From Aliivibrio fischeri ES114 (GTDB lineage: Bacteria > Pseudomonadota > Gammaproteobacteria > Enterobacterales > Vibrionaceae), in NCBI RefSeq assembly GCF_000011805.1, contig NC_006840.2: a stretch of DNA of 32,000 bases. One strand, written 5' to 3'. Below, piece after piece: positions 9,224-23,114 of the stretch. The position numbers were made by a program, and so were the translations under genes. The notes beneath the pieces are model-generated. The model searched no databases. It was given only the letters and a program-made list of their open reading frames with translations, and was not told the origin of the DNA. Within the stretch, counting starts at the first letter, position 1; each line of letters opens with the position of its first letter.

Positions 9224-10402
9224 TCAATTTGATAATGGAATAGCTGTTGGTTCTACATTTTCAATTGGATAGCAACCAAGTACTTTTAGATAGCGAGTTA
9301 TAGCCGTTAATTCTTCGATAGCAGAAGTCATAGCATCGGATTTTAGATGCGCTTCTAGATCAACATAGAACATTTCTTCCCAAGGATTTCCCATAATAGG
9401 GCGAGATTCTAGCTTGCTCATATTGATGCCGTATTTTTGTAATACCAATAGAGATTCAACCAATGAACCAGCATCTTGAGCTGTGGACATTATTAATGTT
9501 GTTTTAGCTGGAATTTGCTCTGATACATCCACAGGCTTTCTTGCAACAACGATAAAACGTGTTTGGTTTTCTGTTTGATTCGAAATATTAGTGATTAGGG
9601 ATTGCAGTCCATATAGCTTTCCACTATCAGAGTTACCAATTGCTGCCACTTCAGGTGAGTTTAATTCTTTTACAGTGATCATCGCATCAGCAGTGCTTGC
9701 ACAAGAAATTAGCTCAACATTATTGAGTCGATTTAAAAATTCGCTACATTGTTCATGTGGCTGTGGGTGTGAATACAAGGTTTTAATTGATTCAAGAGAG
9801 GTTTCAGTCGTTGTTAATAAACAATGATCAATTTTTTGAGTTAATTCCCCAACAATGTATAGGCTAGTGTGTTGGAGTAAATCATAAACTTGGTTAATCG
9901 AACCTGAGCTTGTATTTTCAATTGGCAATACGCCGTAATCAGCATGACCTGACTCAACGGTTTTAATGACTTCTTTAAAGTTTTCACAGCCTAACTCAGC
10001 TAATTCAATATTCTTTTTGCTGAAATAACGACGGCTTGCTAGATTTGAATATGAGCCTTTTGAGCCAAGGTAAGCCACTCTTGCTACGGGTTTTCTACTT
10101 AAGTCAGGGTTTGCTAGATTTTGGAAGTATTCTTGCTGAAGTAAAACTGAATCTTCAATAATGGTATGAAATAACTGTGTAATGTAATAAGCATCAAGAT
10201 CGAAGTCTTTACCGTTCTCAATGAGTTTAACAAGTAATTGTTGCTCTCGTTTAGGATCTCGAACAGGTTTCGCGGTTTTAACTTTACTTTTAGCAACATC
10301 AAGACTGAGTTTACGACGTTCTGAAAAGAGCTTTAATAATTCATTATCAAGTTCATTAAGGCGTAAACGAATATCATCAAGGGAGTAGTGAGTGTCAGTC
10401 AT
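9224..10402 (-). CDS. pheA: Bifunctional chorismate mutase / prephenate dehydratase
   Basis: Chorismate mutase domain, then VAYLGSKGSYSNLASRRYF and a C-terminal ACT domain with ESRPIMGNPWEEMFYVD. Supplied ORF uses TTG at 10411; ATG at 10402 is more likely. Confidence 0.95.
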   Translation of the reverse strand: MTDTHYSLDDIRLRLNELDNELLKLFSERRKLSLDVAKSKVKTAKPVRDPKREQQLLVKLIENGKDFDLDAYYITQLFHTIIEDSVLLQQEYFQNLANPDLSRKPVARVAYLGSKGSYSNLASRRYFSKKNIELAELGCENFKEVIKTVESGHADYGVLPIENTSSGSINQVYDLLQHTSLYIVGELTQKIDHCLLTTTETSLESIKTLYSHPQPHEQCSEFLNRLNNVELISCASTADAMITVKELNSPEVAAIGNSDSGKLYGLQSLITNISNQTENQTRFIVVARKPVDVSEQIPAKTTLIMSTAQDAGSLVESLLVLQKYGINMSKLESRPIMGNPWEEMFYVDLEAHLKSDAMTSAIEELTAITRYLKVLGCYPIENVEPTAIPLSN

Positions 10403-10435
10403 GAAATGCAAACCTAGTAAATTAAGAGTTAATTC

Positions 10436-10464
10436 ACAATAAGGAATTGGTTAGTTTGCGTCAA
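10436..10464 (-). promoter_or_regulatory. Candidate sigma-70 promoter for pheA
   Basis: Minus strand TTGACG-N17-TATTGT, starting right at the end of the raiA terminator. Confidence 0.6.
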
Positions 10465-10493
10465 GAAAAAACAGCGCTCAAATGAGCGCTGTT
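10465..10493 (-). terminator. Terminator of raiA
   Basis: Minus strand aacagcgctcatttgagcgctgttttttc. Confidence 0.93.
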
Positions 10494-10516
10494 CTTAAGA
10501 ATCTTAGAGTTGAATA

Positions 10517-10870
10517 TTATTCCTCTTCAAGTTCAACTTCTGGTTCTTCAACTCCAGGAGCTTGAGCATGAGTCGCTCGACGTGCTTCTCCTTTATGTTG
10601 TAGTTTGTCTAGTTGGCGTTCTAGTTTTTGATACATCTCTCTAATTGCACCAAATAGATCTTCTTGCTCTGCAGAGGCTACGACTTTGCCACCTGCGATA
10701 GTTGCGTACGCTTCTACCTTGTGTTTACCATTTGCGCGTTTTGTAACGCTAGCGTGACGTCCAATAATGTCTAGGTTTCTTTTTGCTTCTAGTTTTTTAA
10801 ACTTCCCTTCAATACGTTCACGGATGCCTGGAGTGATGTCGATGTTGTTGCCAGTGATTTCTACTTTCAT
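10517..10870 (-). CDS. raiA: Ribosome-associated inhibitor / hibernation factor (YfiA/HPF family)
   Basis: 117 aa MKVEITGNNIDITPGIRERIEGKFKKLE..., with acidic C-terminal tail; syntenic with the enteric raiA-pheA locus. Confidence 0.92.
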   Translation of the reverse strand: MKVEITGNNIDITPGIRERIEGKFKKLEAKRNLDIIGRHASVTKRANGKHKVEAYATIAGGKVVASAEQEDLFGAIREMYQKLERQLDKLQHKGEARRATHAQAPGVEEPEVELEEE

Positions 10871-10932
10871 ATGATTTTCCTCTCGCTTGCCCCGTTTGGC
10901 ATGTACTCAGATTACGTATCCAGAGTTAAAAA

Positions 10933-10954
10933 TAAAGTGATCAAGATCACTTTT
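10933..10954. promoter_or_regulatory. CRP-like palindrome upstream of raiA
   Basis: TAAAGTGATCAAGATCACTTTT compared with consensus AAATGTGATCTAGATCACATTT; centred about 73 bp upstream of the raiA start codon. Confidence 0.6.
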
Positions 10955-11182
10955 TTGATGTGTTGTAGCGAGAAGGTGAATGAATGTGATCTTAGGCAAG
11001 GCCTTAAGTATTTTATTTAAAAAATACTTGATGAATTGTACAAAGTAGGTAGATTGAAAGGGTTGGTTACTAGAAATTATTGTTTTTAGGGATGTCGTTC
11101 AACCTGTTGTTTTGGTTGATTAAATTTTAAACTTATCAATAGTGTGACCTATATACGAATTATAACTAACATTTCCAGACAT

Positions 11183-11219
11183 AAAAAAGCAGTGCTCGAT
11201 TCTCGGCACTGCTTTTTTG
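11183..11219. terminator. Terminator downstream of bamD, potentially bidirectional
   Basis: aaaaaagcagtgctcgattctcggcactgcttttttg. Confidence 0.88.
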
Positions 11220-11308
11220 TTTTTATAATGAATATTATGCAAATCGTAGTAAATAACTGCTCATCCTAGTAGCTTGTTAACATGTTCATTTACTTACTGT
11301 GATTGATA

Positions 11309-12034
11309 TTATTGTGGATTCAACGCAATAAGTTCTTCGGTTCGCTTAATTGCATCTTCCAGTTTTAATTCTTTGTAAGCTGAAAGCATAATGGTTAATG
11401 ATTTTCTTGCGGCTTCCGTATCTGGATAAGTACGTTGTAATTCTTGACAACGATTAATGGCAGAGATCCAAGCTTCTCGTCGTAAATAAAAGTCAGCCGT
11501 TGCTAATTCATAATCCGCTAAGCGATTTTTAAGTGCGTACATACGAGTTTGTGCATCTTCAGCATAAAGACTATTAGGGTATCTTTCTAATAATCGTTTA
11601 AAATCTTTAAAAGCTGAGCGAGCTGGTTCTGGATCTCGATCTGAACGATCTACTCTAAATAAATCATGCATGAAACTTCTATCTTGAGCCATATGCGTTA
11701 ATCCACGCATGTAAAGCACCCAGTCTGCTTTCGGGTGGGTTGGATTTAAACGAGTAAATCTCTCGATAGTTGCAAGACCTAACGCAAGATCATCATTTTT
11801 ATAATAAACATAAATAAGGTCTAGCTGAACTTGTTCAGAATAAGCGCCAAAAGGGTATCGAGAATCTAAAGCTTCAAGACGCTCAATTGCGCTCGTCCAA
11901 TTACCTGCTTGTAAAGATACTTGAGCTTGAGCGTATAATTCTGATGGTGGAATATCTGGAATTACATCATCACTACTTGAGCAACCAACCAGTAAAGATA
12001 CAGCTAATAATGAAGAAATGGTTAAGCGTTTCAT
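11309..12034 (-). CDS. bamD: Outer membrane assembly lipoprotein BamD
   Basis: Lipoprotein signal MKRLTISSLLAVSLLVGCSSSDD starts at 12034, not at the supplied 12103; TPR repeats. Confidence 0.95.
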   Translation of the reverse strand: MKRLTISSLLAVSLLVGCSSSDDVIPDIPPSELYAQAQVSLQAGNWTSAIERLEALDSRYPFGAYSEQVQLDLIYVYYKNDDLALGLATIERFTRLNPTHPKADWVLYMRGLTHMAQDRSFMHDLFRVDRSDRDPEPARSAFKDFKRLLERYPNSLYAEDAQTRMYALKNRLADYELATADFYLRREAWISAINRCQELQRTYPDTEAARKSLTIMLSAYKELKLEDAIKRTEELIALNPQ

Positions 12035-12195
12035 GCTTGAAAATGATCCTTGACTAAAAAAACTGAAGTTATCCATTACGAAATGCGCCGTTAACAGATA
12101 CAATGGTACATAGTTTATTTCACTTACAGTGTTGATGATACCAAATATGACCTATTAGTTTGGTATTAGTACCACTATTTTAAAAAAAGTTCGAT

Positions 12196-13170
12196 ATGGC
12201 ACAACAAATAGAGTTAACAAGTACAGTAAAAGAAAGTCAACTAGGGCAGCGTTTAGATCAAGCTGCTGCTGAGTTGTTTTCTGATTTTTCTCGTTCACGC
12301 ATCAAAGAGTGGTTGCTTGCTGGCAACATGACAGTCAATGGTGAAGTGGTTACAAAAGCACGCCTTAAAGTTATGGGTGGTGAAGAGATCACGGTTAAAG
12401 CTGAATTAGAAGATGAAGAGCGTTGGTTAGCTCAAGATATTCCTCTTGATATTGTTTATGAAGATGATGATCTACTCGTTATCAATAAACCACGTGACTT
12501 CGTTGTTCACCCAGGAGCGGGTACACCTGATGGTACAGTGTTAAATGCATTGTTATTCCATTATCCAAATATTGCAGAAGTACCTCGTGCAGGTATCGTT
12601 CACCGTTTGGATAAAGACACTACTGGATTAATGGTTGTTGCGAAAACTGTACCGGCTCAAACACGTTTAGTTCGTGCGCTTCAAAAGCGTAAGATTACTC
12701 GTGAGTATGAAGCCGTTGTTGTCGGTCGTATGACTGCGGGTGGTATGATTGAGAAACCAATTGGCCGCCACCCAAACAAACGTACTCTAATGGCAGTTCA
12801 TGAATTAGGTAAAGATGCTGTGACACATTACCGTGTTGCTGAACATTTCCGTATTCATACTCGTATCCGTTTACGTCTTGAAACCGGTCGTACTCACCAA
12901 ATTCGTGTACATATGTCATATTTGCAGCATCCACTTGTTGGTGATACTGCTTATGGTGGCCGTGCTCGCATTCCAAAAGGTGCGTCTCAAGAGTTAATTG
13001 ACATGATTCGTGGTTTTGATCGTCAAGCTCTGCATGCTGCTATGCTGCGTTTTGAACATCCAATCACAGGGGAAACAATGGAGTTCCATGCTCCAATTCC
13101 TGATGACATGATTGCTTTATCTCAAGCGTTACGTGATGATGAACGTTTAATGCATGAGGAAGAGTATTAA
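12196..13170 (+). CDS. rluD: 23S rRNA pseudouridine(1911/1915/1917) synthase RluD
   Basis: 324 aa; S4 domain followed by GIVHRLDKDTTGLMVVAKT. Confidence 0.96.
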   Translation: MAQQIELTSTVKESQLGQRLDQAAAELFSDFSRSRIKEWLLAGNMTVNGEVVTKARLKVMGGEEITVKAELEDEERWLAQDIPLDIVYEDDDLLVINKPRDFVVHPGAGTPDGTVLNALLFHYPNIAEVPRAGIVHRLDKDTTGLMVVAKTVPAQTRLVRALQKRKITREYEAVVVGRMTAGGMIEKPIGRHPNKRTLMAVHELGKDAVTHYRVAEHFRIHTRIRLRLETGRTHQIRVHMSYLQHPLVGDTAYGGRARIPKGASQELIDMIRGFDRQALHAAMLRFEHPITGETMEFHAPIPDDMIALSQALRDDERLMHEEEY

Positions 13171-13172
13171 TA

Positions 13173-13907
13173 ATGTCATTGATTTCACCAAAATGGTCAG
13201 CGCCTAAATCAGTTAAAGTATTCAGTACAACTCGTATTGGAGGAGTATCAAGTTCCCCATTTGATAGCTTTAACCTTGGAGACCATGTTGGTGATGATCA
13301 TAAAGATGTTGTGCTCAATCGTGAAAAACTGATTACGTTGGGGCAGTTACCTACTGCACCAACGTGGTTAAATCAGATTCACTCAACAAGAGTTGTTCAT
13401 TTACCGAATCAAGATTTTTTTGAAACCCCACCGTCTGCTGACGCTGTATATACAAACCAAGCAAAACAAGTTTGTTGTGTTATGACTGCAGATTGCCTTC
13501 CGGTTGTAATATGCAATAAAGAAGGTACAGAGGTTGCTGCCGCACATGCAGGTTGGAGAGGTCTACTTGATGGAGTATTAGAAAATACTGTTGAGCAATT
13601 TGCCTCCCATGATCTTATTGCCTGGTGTGGACCTGCTATTGGTGAAAAAGCGTTTGAAGTAGGTAATGAAGTAAAAGAACTATTTTGCGAAAAAGATCCG
13701 CAAGCGATTAATGCATTTATTCCAAGTTCTAATGAAGGAAAATGGTTAGCTAATTTAGCTATGTTAGCCACACAACGTTTAAATAGTGTTGGTATAAATG
13801 ACGTGCATTATTCAAACCTTTGTACTTATCAAAATACAGATACGTTTTTCTCATATAGAAAAGAAGGAATTACAGGAAGACAAGCCACTCTTATTTGGTT
13901 TGAATAA
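13173..13907 (+). CDS. pgeF: Peptidoglycan editing factor PgeF (YfiH, DUF152)
   Basis: 244 aa; HSTRVV, TADCLPVVICNKEGTEVAAAHAGWRGL, WCGPAIG. Starts 2 bp after the rluD stop. Confidence 0.92.
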   Translation: MSLISPKWSAPKSVKVFSTTRIGGVSSSPFDSFNLGDHVGDDHKDVVLNREKLITLGQLPTAPTWLNQIHSTRVVHLPNQDFFETPPSADAVYTNQAKQVCCVMTADCLPVVICNKEGTEVAAAHAGWRGLLDGVLENTVEQFASHDLIAWCGPAIGEKAFEVGNEVKELFCEKDPQAINAFIPSSNEGKWLANLAMLATQRLNSVGINDVHYSNLCTYQNTDTFFSYRKEGITGRQATLIWFE

Positions 13908-13940
13908 CTCATATTTCTACCCCTTTATCCTTTCCTTAAG

Positions 13941-13970
13941 TATTGAACTTTCTGACCTTAGCCCCCATTT
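13941..13970 (+). promoter_or_regulatory. Sigma-32 heat-shock promoter for clpB
   Basis: tatTGAAc (13941-13948) ... cCCCCATtt (13962-13970), resembling CTTGAAA-N13-15-CCCCATNT. Confidence 0.75.
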
Positions 13971-14012
13971 AGAAACTATATAGTTACTAGCTTTCTTCTT
14001 TTGGAGGGTGTT

Positions 14013-16598
14013 ATGCGTTTAGATCGATTCACTAGTAAATTTCAAATGGCCATCTCTGATGCTCAATCATTAGCATTAGGTCAAGATCATCAATATATCG
14101 AACCAACCCACTTAATGGTTGCACTGTTAAATCAGGATGGAAGTACGATAAGGCCTTTACTTACTCTTCTAAATGTAGACGTAACACAATTACGTTCAAA
14201 ACTAACTGAAATATTAGATAAGACACCAAAGGTAACGGGTATCGGTGGTGATGTTCAACTTTCATCTAATATGGGTGTTATTTTTAATCTTTGCGATAAA
14301 GTCGCTCAGAAACGCAAAGACGCTTATATCTCTTCTGAAATATTCATGCTTGCTGCAATCGAAGATAAAGGGCCTTTGGGTAATTTACTTCGAGAATTAG
14401 GATTAACTGAACCTAAAATATCTAAGTCAATCGATGAAATCCGTGGTGGCGAAAAAGTAAATGATCAAAATGCTGAAGAAAAGCGTCAAGCATTAGAAAA
14501 GTTTACTGTTGATTTAACTGAGCGAGCAGAGCAAGGAAAATTAGATCCTGTAATTGGTCGTGATGATGAAATACGAAGAACAATTCAGGTATTGCAACGT
14601 CGAACTAAAAATAATCCAGTTATCATAGGTCAACCTGGTGTCGGCAAGACAGCTATTGTTGAAGGGTTGGCGCAACGTATTATAAATGGTGAAGTACCTG
14701 AAGGTTTAAAAAATAAACGAGTACTTTCTTTAGATATTGGTGCATTGGTCGCTGGTGCTAAATTCCGAGGTGAATTTGAAGAGCGCTTAAAAGCGGTTTT
14801 AAATGAGCTAGCGAAAGAAGAAGGTAGTGTCATCCTCTTTATTGATGAAGTACATACAATGGTAGGTGCTGGTAAAGGTGAAGGCTCTATGGATGCTGGC
14901 AATATGCTTAAACCTGCACTCGCACGTGGTGAACTACATTGTGTCGGAGCAACAACTCTTGATGAATATCGTCAGTATATTGAAAAAGATCCAGCATTAG
15001 AGCGTCGTTTTCAAAAAGTACTTGTTGATGAACCAACAGTTGAAGATACCGTTGCAATTTTACGTGGTTTAAAAGAACGCTATGAAATTCATCATCATGT
15101 TGAAATTACCGATCCTGCGATCGTAGCTGCAGCAAGCTTGTCACATCGTTATATATCGGATCGTCAATTACCGGATAAAGCGATAGATTTAATTGACGAA
15201 GCAGCATCAAGCATTCGTATGGAAATTGATTCAAAACCAGAATCATTAGATAAGCTTGATCGTAAGATAATTCAATTAAAGATAGAACAGCAAGCATTAG
15301 TAAAAGAAAGCGATGATGCGAGCTTAAAGCGTCTTGACTCTTTAAATCTTGAGTTAATGCAAAAAGAACGTGAATACGCAGAGCTTGAAGAAGTTTGGAA
15401 AGCTGAAAAAGCGGCTTTATCTGGCACTCAGCATATAAAAACAGAATTAGAAACCGCTCGAAGTAATATGGAAATTGCACGTCGTGCAGGTGATCTAAAT
15501 AGAATGTCAGAGCTGCAATATGGACGTATCCCTGAATTAGAGAAACAACTGGACCTTGCAGCTCAAGCTGAAATGCAAGAAATGAGCTTATTAAAAAATA
15601 AAGTGACGGATGCTGAGATAGCGGAAGTGCTTTCACGTCAGACGGGCATTCCTGTAAATAAAATGCTTGAAGGTGAAAGAGATAAGCTATTAAAGATGGA
15701 AGAGGTATTACATCACCGAGTAATAGGCCAGGCTGAAGCTGTCGAAGCTGTCTCAAATGCAATTCGTCGTAGTCGTGCCGGTCTATCAGATCCAAATAGA
15801 CCAATTGGTTCATTCTTGTTTTTAGGCCCAACAGGGGTTGGTAAAACGGAATTATGTAAATCACTCGCTAACTTTATGTTTGATAGTGAAGATGCGATGG
15901 TACGTATCGACATGTCTGAGTTTATGGAGAAACATTCCGTTGCTCGTTTAGTAGGTGCACCTCCTGGCTATGTTGGTTATGAAGAGGGTGGATACTTAAC
16001 AGAAGCAGTAAGACGCAAACCTTATTCAGTTTTATTATTAGATGAAGTAGAGAAAGCACATCCAGATGTATTTAATATTCTACTTCAAGTTCTTGATGAT
16101 GGGCGCTTAACTGATGGTCAGGGAAGAACGGTTGATTTTAAAAATACCGTTATCATTATGACATCGAACTTAGGTTCAGAAAAAATTCAGCAACATTTTG
16201 GTGAGTTGAATTATGCTGGCATAAAAGAAGTCGTAATGGATGTTGTGAGTCAACATTTTAGACCAGAGTTTTTAAACCGTGTTGATGAAACCGTAGTATT
16301 CCATCCATTGGCACAAGAACACATTAAGAATATCGCTTCTATTCAATTACAACGCTTAGAAAAACGTTTGAATGAAAAAGATTACCAATTGCAAGTAACA
16401 GACGAAGCGTTAAACTTAATTGCTGAGGCAGGTTTTGATCCTGTTTATGGAGCAAGACCATTAAAACGAGCAATTCAGACATATATAGAGAACCCACTTG
16501 CTCAGGATATATTGAGTGGAAAGCTAAGGGTTGGAGAAGTAATTAAGTTGAAAGTTAAAAATGAACAGCTAATTGCGACTCAAAATGACGACTTTTGA
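14013..16598 (+). CDS. clpB: Chaperone ClpB (AAA+ disaggregase)
   Basis: [23 protein letters not shown] after RBS ggaggg; Walker A motifs GQPGVGKTA and GPTGVGKTE. Confidence 0.98.
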   Translation: MRLDRFTSKFQMAISDAQSLALGQDHQYIEPTHLMVALLNQDGSTIRPLLTLLNVDVTQLRSKLTEILDKTPKVTGIGGDVQLSSNMGVIFNLCDKVAQKRKDAYISSEIFMLAAIEDKGPLGNLLRELGLTEPKISKSIDEIRGGEKVNDQNAEEKRQALEKFTVDLTERAEQGKLDPVIGRDDEIRRTIQVLQRRTKNNPVIIGQPGVGKTAIVEGLAQRIINGEVPEGLKNKRVLSLDIGALVAGAKFRGEFEERLKAVLNELAKEEGSVILFIDEVHTMVGAGKGEGSMDAGNMLKPALARGELHCVGATTLDEYRQYIEKDPALERRFQKVLVDEPTVEDTVAILRGLKERYEIHHHVEITDPAIVAAASLSHRYISDRQLPDKAIDLIDEAASSIRMEIDSKPESLDKLDRKIIQLKIEQQALVKESDDASLKRLDSLNLELMQKEREYAELEEVWKAEKAALSGTQHIKTELETARSNMEIARRAGDLNRMSELQYGRIPELEKQLDLAAQAEMQEMSLLKNKVTDAEIAEVLSRQTGIPVNKMLEGERDKLLKMEEVLHHRVIGQAEAVEAVSNAIRRSRAGLSDPNRPIGSFLFLGPTGVGKTELCKSLANFMFDSEDAMVRIDMSEFMEKHSVARLVGAPPGYVGYEEGGYLTEAVRRKPYSVLLLDEVEKAHPDVFNILLQVLDDGRLTDGQGRTVDFKNTVIIMTSNLGSEKIQQHFGELNYAGIKEVVMDVVSQHFRPEFLNRVDETVVFHPLAQEHIKNIASIQLQRLEKRLNEKDYQLQVTDEALNLIAEAGFDPVYGARPLKRAIQTYIENPLAQDILSGKLRVGEVIKLKVKNEQLIATQNDDF

Positions 16599-16668
16599 TG
16601 TAAAAATAAACGCTTTGAATTAAAAGTAAGCAAACAAACTCATTTTTCATATTTTTCTAGAAAAAGAG

Positions 16669-16696
16669 TTGCATAGATTCAAAGACTCTCTATAAT
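16669..16696 (+). promoter_or_regulatory. rrn promoter P1 candidate
   Basis: TTGCAT-N16-TATAAT followed by a GC-rich discriminator gccgcc. Confidence 0.8.
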
Positions 16697-16783
16697 GCCG
16701 CCTCACTGACACGGAGAACGAAGTTTATTAAAACTTAGCATCCAGTTGGTTTGGCGGTTAGAAATTTAGTTTCAAATAAGTGC

Positions 16784-16811
16784 TTGACACTGAAACTTAA
16801 ATCGATAGAAT
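16784..16811 (+). promoter_or_regulatory. rrn promoter P2 candidate
   Basis: TTGACA-N16-TAGAAT followed by agccgtcc. Confidence 0.75.
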
Positions 16812-16857
16812 AGCCGTCCTCTGCACTGAAAAGCAAAGCTTTGAAAGTAGAAGAAAA

Positions 16858-16869
16858 GCTCTTTAACAA
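16858..16869 (+). promoter_or_regulatory. rrn leader boxA antitermination element
   Basis: gctctttaacaa; the same element recurs at 18713-18724 in the 16S-23S spacer, preceded there by a boxB-like hairpin aaagctttttgcttt. Confidence 0.8.
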
Positions 16870-17038
16870 TTAGAAACCTATTAATCTGTGTGGGCACTTG
16901 TGAATTGATAATCAACAAATTATCAATGAACTGAGTGACTACACAAAATTACTTTTATGTAACAATCAGTATTAATCATTGAGTCGGTTTTGTTTCTGCT
17001 TCTCTTTATAGAAAAGACAGAGCAACCAAAAAAACTTT

Positions 17039-18590
<1,552 letters not shown>

Positions 18591-18712
18591 AACGATAGAT
18601 TACGGTTTATGAGTGTTCACACAGATTAATTAGGTTTTGAAAGTTGAAGTTGTAGAGCTTTAATTAATAATTCCGATTATTGATTAAAGCTTTTTGCTTT
18701 AAGCTCTTTAAC

Positions 18713-18724
18713 AATTTGGAAAGC
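18713..18724 (+). promoter_or_regulatory. Spacer boxA
   Basis: gctctttaacaa, repeats the leader boxA. Confidence 0.75.
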
Positions 18725-18950
18725 TGACTGATTCAAATAACTTACGAGTTATTTAAATCAAAATTTAAAAGTTCTTAATATCCTTTGTTTTACTCTGTAA
18801 AACGAAGAACAACACATTCAAGTGTTCTTGTATTTTGAATCCGGCGAAAAACCAGAACTCGCAATGACGAGTTCAACCTTGGTTGCTGTTTTGTCTTCAC
18901 TTTTAAAAAGTGAAAGCAAATGGTCCATACGAAACCTCTTGGGGTTGTAT

Positions 18951-21841
<2,891 letters not shown>

Positions 21842-21934
21842 ACAACACCCAAGGGGTTTTGAACGGATTTAAAATTGCAAGAAACGAATTGAATGTGATT
21901 AAGAACACAATATAGCTTTCCGAATTAAAGAATT

Positions 21935-22052
21935 TGCTTGGCGACCATAGCGTTATGGACCCACCTGATCCCATGCCGAACTCAGAAGTGAAACGTAATA
22001 GCGCCGATGGTAGTGTGGGGTTTCCCCATGTGAGAGTAGGACATCGCCAGGC
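21935..22052 (+). rRNA. rrf: 5S ribosomal RNA
   Basis: tgcttggcgaccatagcgttatggacccacctgatcccatgccgaactcagaagtgaaa...gagagtaggacatcgccaggc. Confidence 0.97.
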
Positions 22053-22133
22053 TTCCAATTTATTTTCACTTTTTTTAAAAGTGAAGACAAAAGTGTTATG
22101 AACACTTGTCAGCGACGACAAGTAGTCCACTGC

Positions 22134-22210
22134 GGAGTGGTAGTTCAGTTGGTTAGAATACCGGCCTGTCACGCCGGGGGTCGCGGGTTCGAGTCCCGTC
22201 CACTCCGCCA
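22134..22210 (+). tRNA. tRNA-Asp (anticodon GTC)
   Basis: GGAGTGGTAGTTCAGTTGGTTAGAATACCGGCCTGTCACGCCGGGGGTCGCGGGTTCGAGTCCCGTCCACTCCGCCA, full cloverleaf with encoded CCA. Confidence 0.98.
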
Positions 22211-22246
22211 CTTATTTAGACAGAGTTAAGTCTTTAAAATAACTAC

Positions 22247-22323
<77 letters not shown>

Positions 22324-22331
22324 TACTTAAG

Positions 22332-22362
22332 AAGGCTCATATCGAAAGGTATGAGCCTTTTT
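22332..22362 (+). terminator. Terminator after tRNA-Trp (array unit 0)
   Basis: AAGGCTCATA-tcgaaagg-TATGAGCCTT-TTT. Confidence 0.93.
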
Positions 22363-22385
22363 GCTACTTGCAGTTTAGGAAATGA

Positions 22386-22447
22386 CAGCGGATTCTCCCA
22401 CCATAAGAACGCGCGTGTAGGGAGTTCGAATCTCTCCACCCCTGCCA
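22386..22447 (+). pseudogene. tRNA-Trp-derived pseudo-tRNA fragment, copy 1
   Basis: cagcggattCTCCCACCATAAGAACGcgcgtgtagggagttcgaatctctccacccctgcca; T-arm and 3' acceptor strand retained, 5' acceptor strand and anticodon loop lost. Confidence 0.85.
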
Positions 22448-22452
22448 TACTT

Positions 22453-22487
22453 AAGAAGGCTCATATCGAAAGATATGAGCCTTCTTT
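22453..22487 (+). terminator. Terminator of array unit 1
   Basis: AAGAAGGCTCATAT-cgaaag-ATATGAGCCTTCTT. Confidence 0.85.
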
Positions 22488-22509
22488 AATATTTGCGGTT
22501 AGGAAAGAG

Positions 22510-22571
22510 TAGCGGATTCCCCCGCCATATGAACGCGCGTGTTGGGAGTTCGAATTTCTCCACCTCTGCCA
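22510..22571 (+). pseudogene. tRNA-Trp-derived pseudo-tRNA fragment, copy 2
   Basis: tagcggattCCCCCGCCATATGAACGcgcgtgttgggagttcgaatttctccacctctgcca. Confidence 0.83.
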
Positions 22572-22578
22572 TATTTAG

Positions 22579-22611
22579 AAAAGGCTTGTATCGAAAGGTA
22601 CAAGCCTTTTT
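22579..22611 (+). terminator. Terminator of array unit 2
   Basis: AAAAGGCTTGTA-tcgaaagg-TACAAGCCTTTTT; two compensated base-pair changes relative to unit 0. Confidence 0.88.
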
Positions 22612-22706
22612 GCTATTTGTGGTTTAGGGAGGAGCAGTGAATTCCCCCTCTATAAGATGGGGAGCGAATATTCGGGATTTTAAAGTATTACTCTCATGTT
22701 TAGCTA

Positions 22707-23114
22707 TTAATCAAATTCGTTGTATTTAGATATGATGGTTTCTAAGGTTATGAATTCTTGATTTCCATATCTTGTGTCCCAAGCACTAGATATTGTTATG
22801 TGCTTTGCGGAGGCTGAAATAATGCTATCTACATTCCAAGTTAACGTATATGTAATACCATTGATTGTGACTTCATCTGATGATGTAGTAATGGAATCAT
22901 AAGTAATAGTTCCACCAGCTCCAGATGTTGAGCGACTACGAAATTTTTCTAATTGAGCTTCTGCGTTATAGAGAGCTTCAATACTTCTTGTCGCGTATTC
23001 GGATTTAAGTTCGATAAAAGTTTGTAACTTTAATAGCCCCAGAGCACCAATACCAATGATGGTAAATGAAATCATTATTTCAAGAAGATTAAATCCTTTT
23101 TGTCTAGAGATCAT
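22707..23114 (-). CDS. Type IV minor pilin, PilV-like
   Basis: Class III signal MISRQKGFNLLEIMISFTIIGIGALGLLKLQ. The supplied ORF extends to 23240, but MISRQKG at 23114 fits a prepilin leader. Confidence 0.8.
   Translation of the reverse strand: MISRQKGFNLLEIMISFTIIGIGALGLLKLQTFIELKSEYATRSIEALYNAEAQLEKFRSRSTSGAGGTITYDSITTSSDEVTINGITYTLTWNVDSIISASAKHITISSAWDTRYGNQEFITLETIISKYNEFD

Larger units (their letters stand above)
22324..22676 (+). repeat. Tandem array of degenerate tRNA-Trp 3' portion + terminator units, 124-bp period
   Basis: CCA ends at 22323, 22447 and 22571 (spacing 124 and 124); hairpins at 22332-22362, 22453-22487 and 22579-22611; a further decayed start at about 22634. Confidence 0.9.

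Noticed and set aside
10955-11182. Possible small RNA gene in the raiA-bamD gap
   Set aside because: Apart from the CRP-like dyad and the bamD terminator, I could not find a convincing promoter-terminator pair or conserved structure; only RNA-seq could decide.
12695-12976. 93 aa minus-strand ORF in rluD
   Set aside because: His/Tyr/Gln-rich antisense shadow of conserved rluD.
15106-15864. 252 aa minus-strand ORF antisense to clpB
   Set aside because: Leu-rich, low-complexity translation exactly opposite highly conserved clpB coding sequence, with no family resemblance; a codon-bias shadow ORF.
22324-22676. Array interpreted as CRISPR or as attachment-site scars of an integrative element
   Set aside because: Units are near-identical without variable spacers, there are no cas genes, and no integrase or foreign gene block separates the tRNA 3' copies. 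Tandem duplication explains the exact 124-bp period better.
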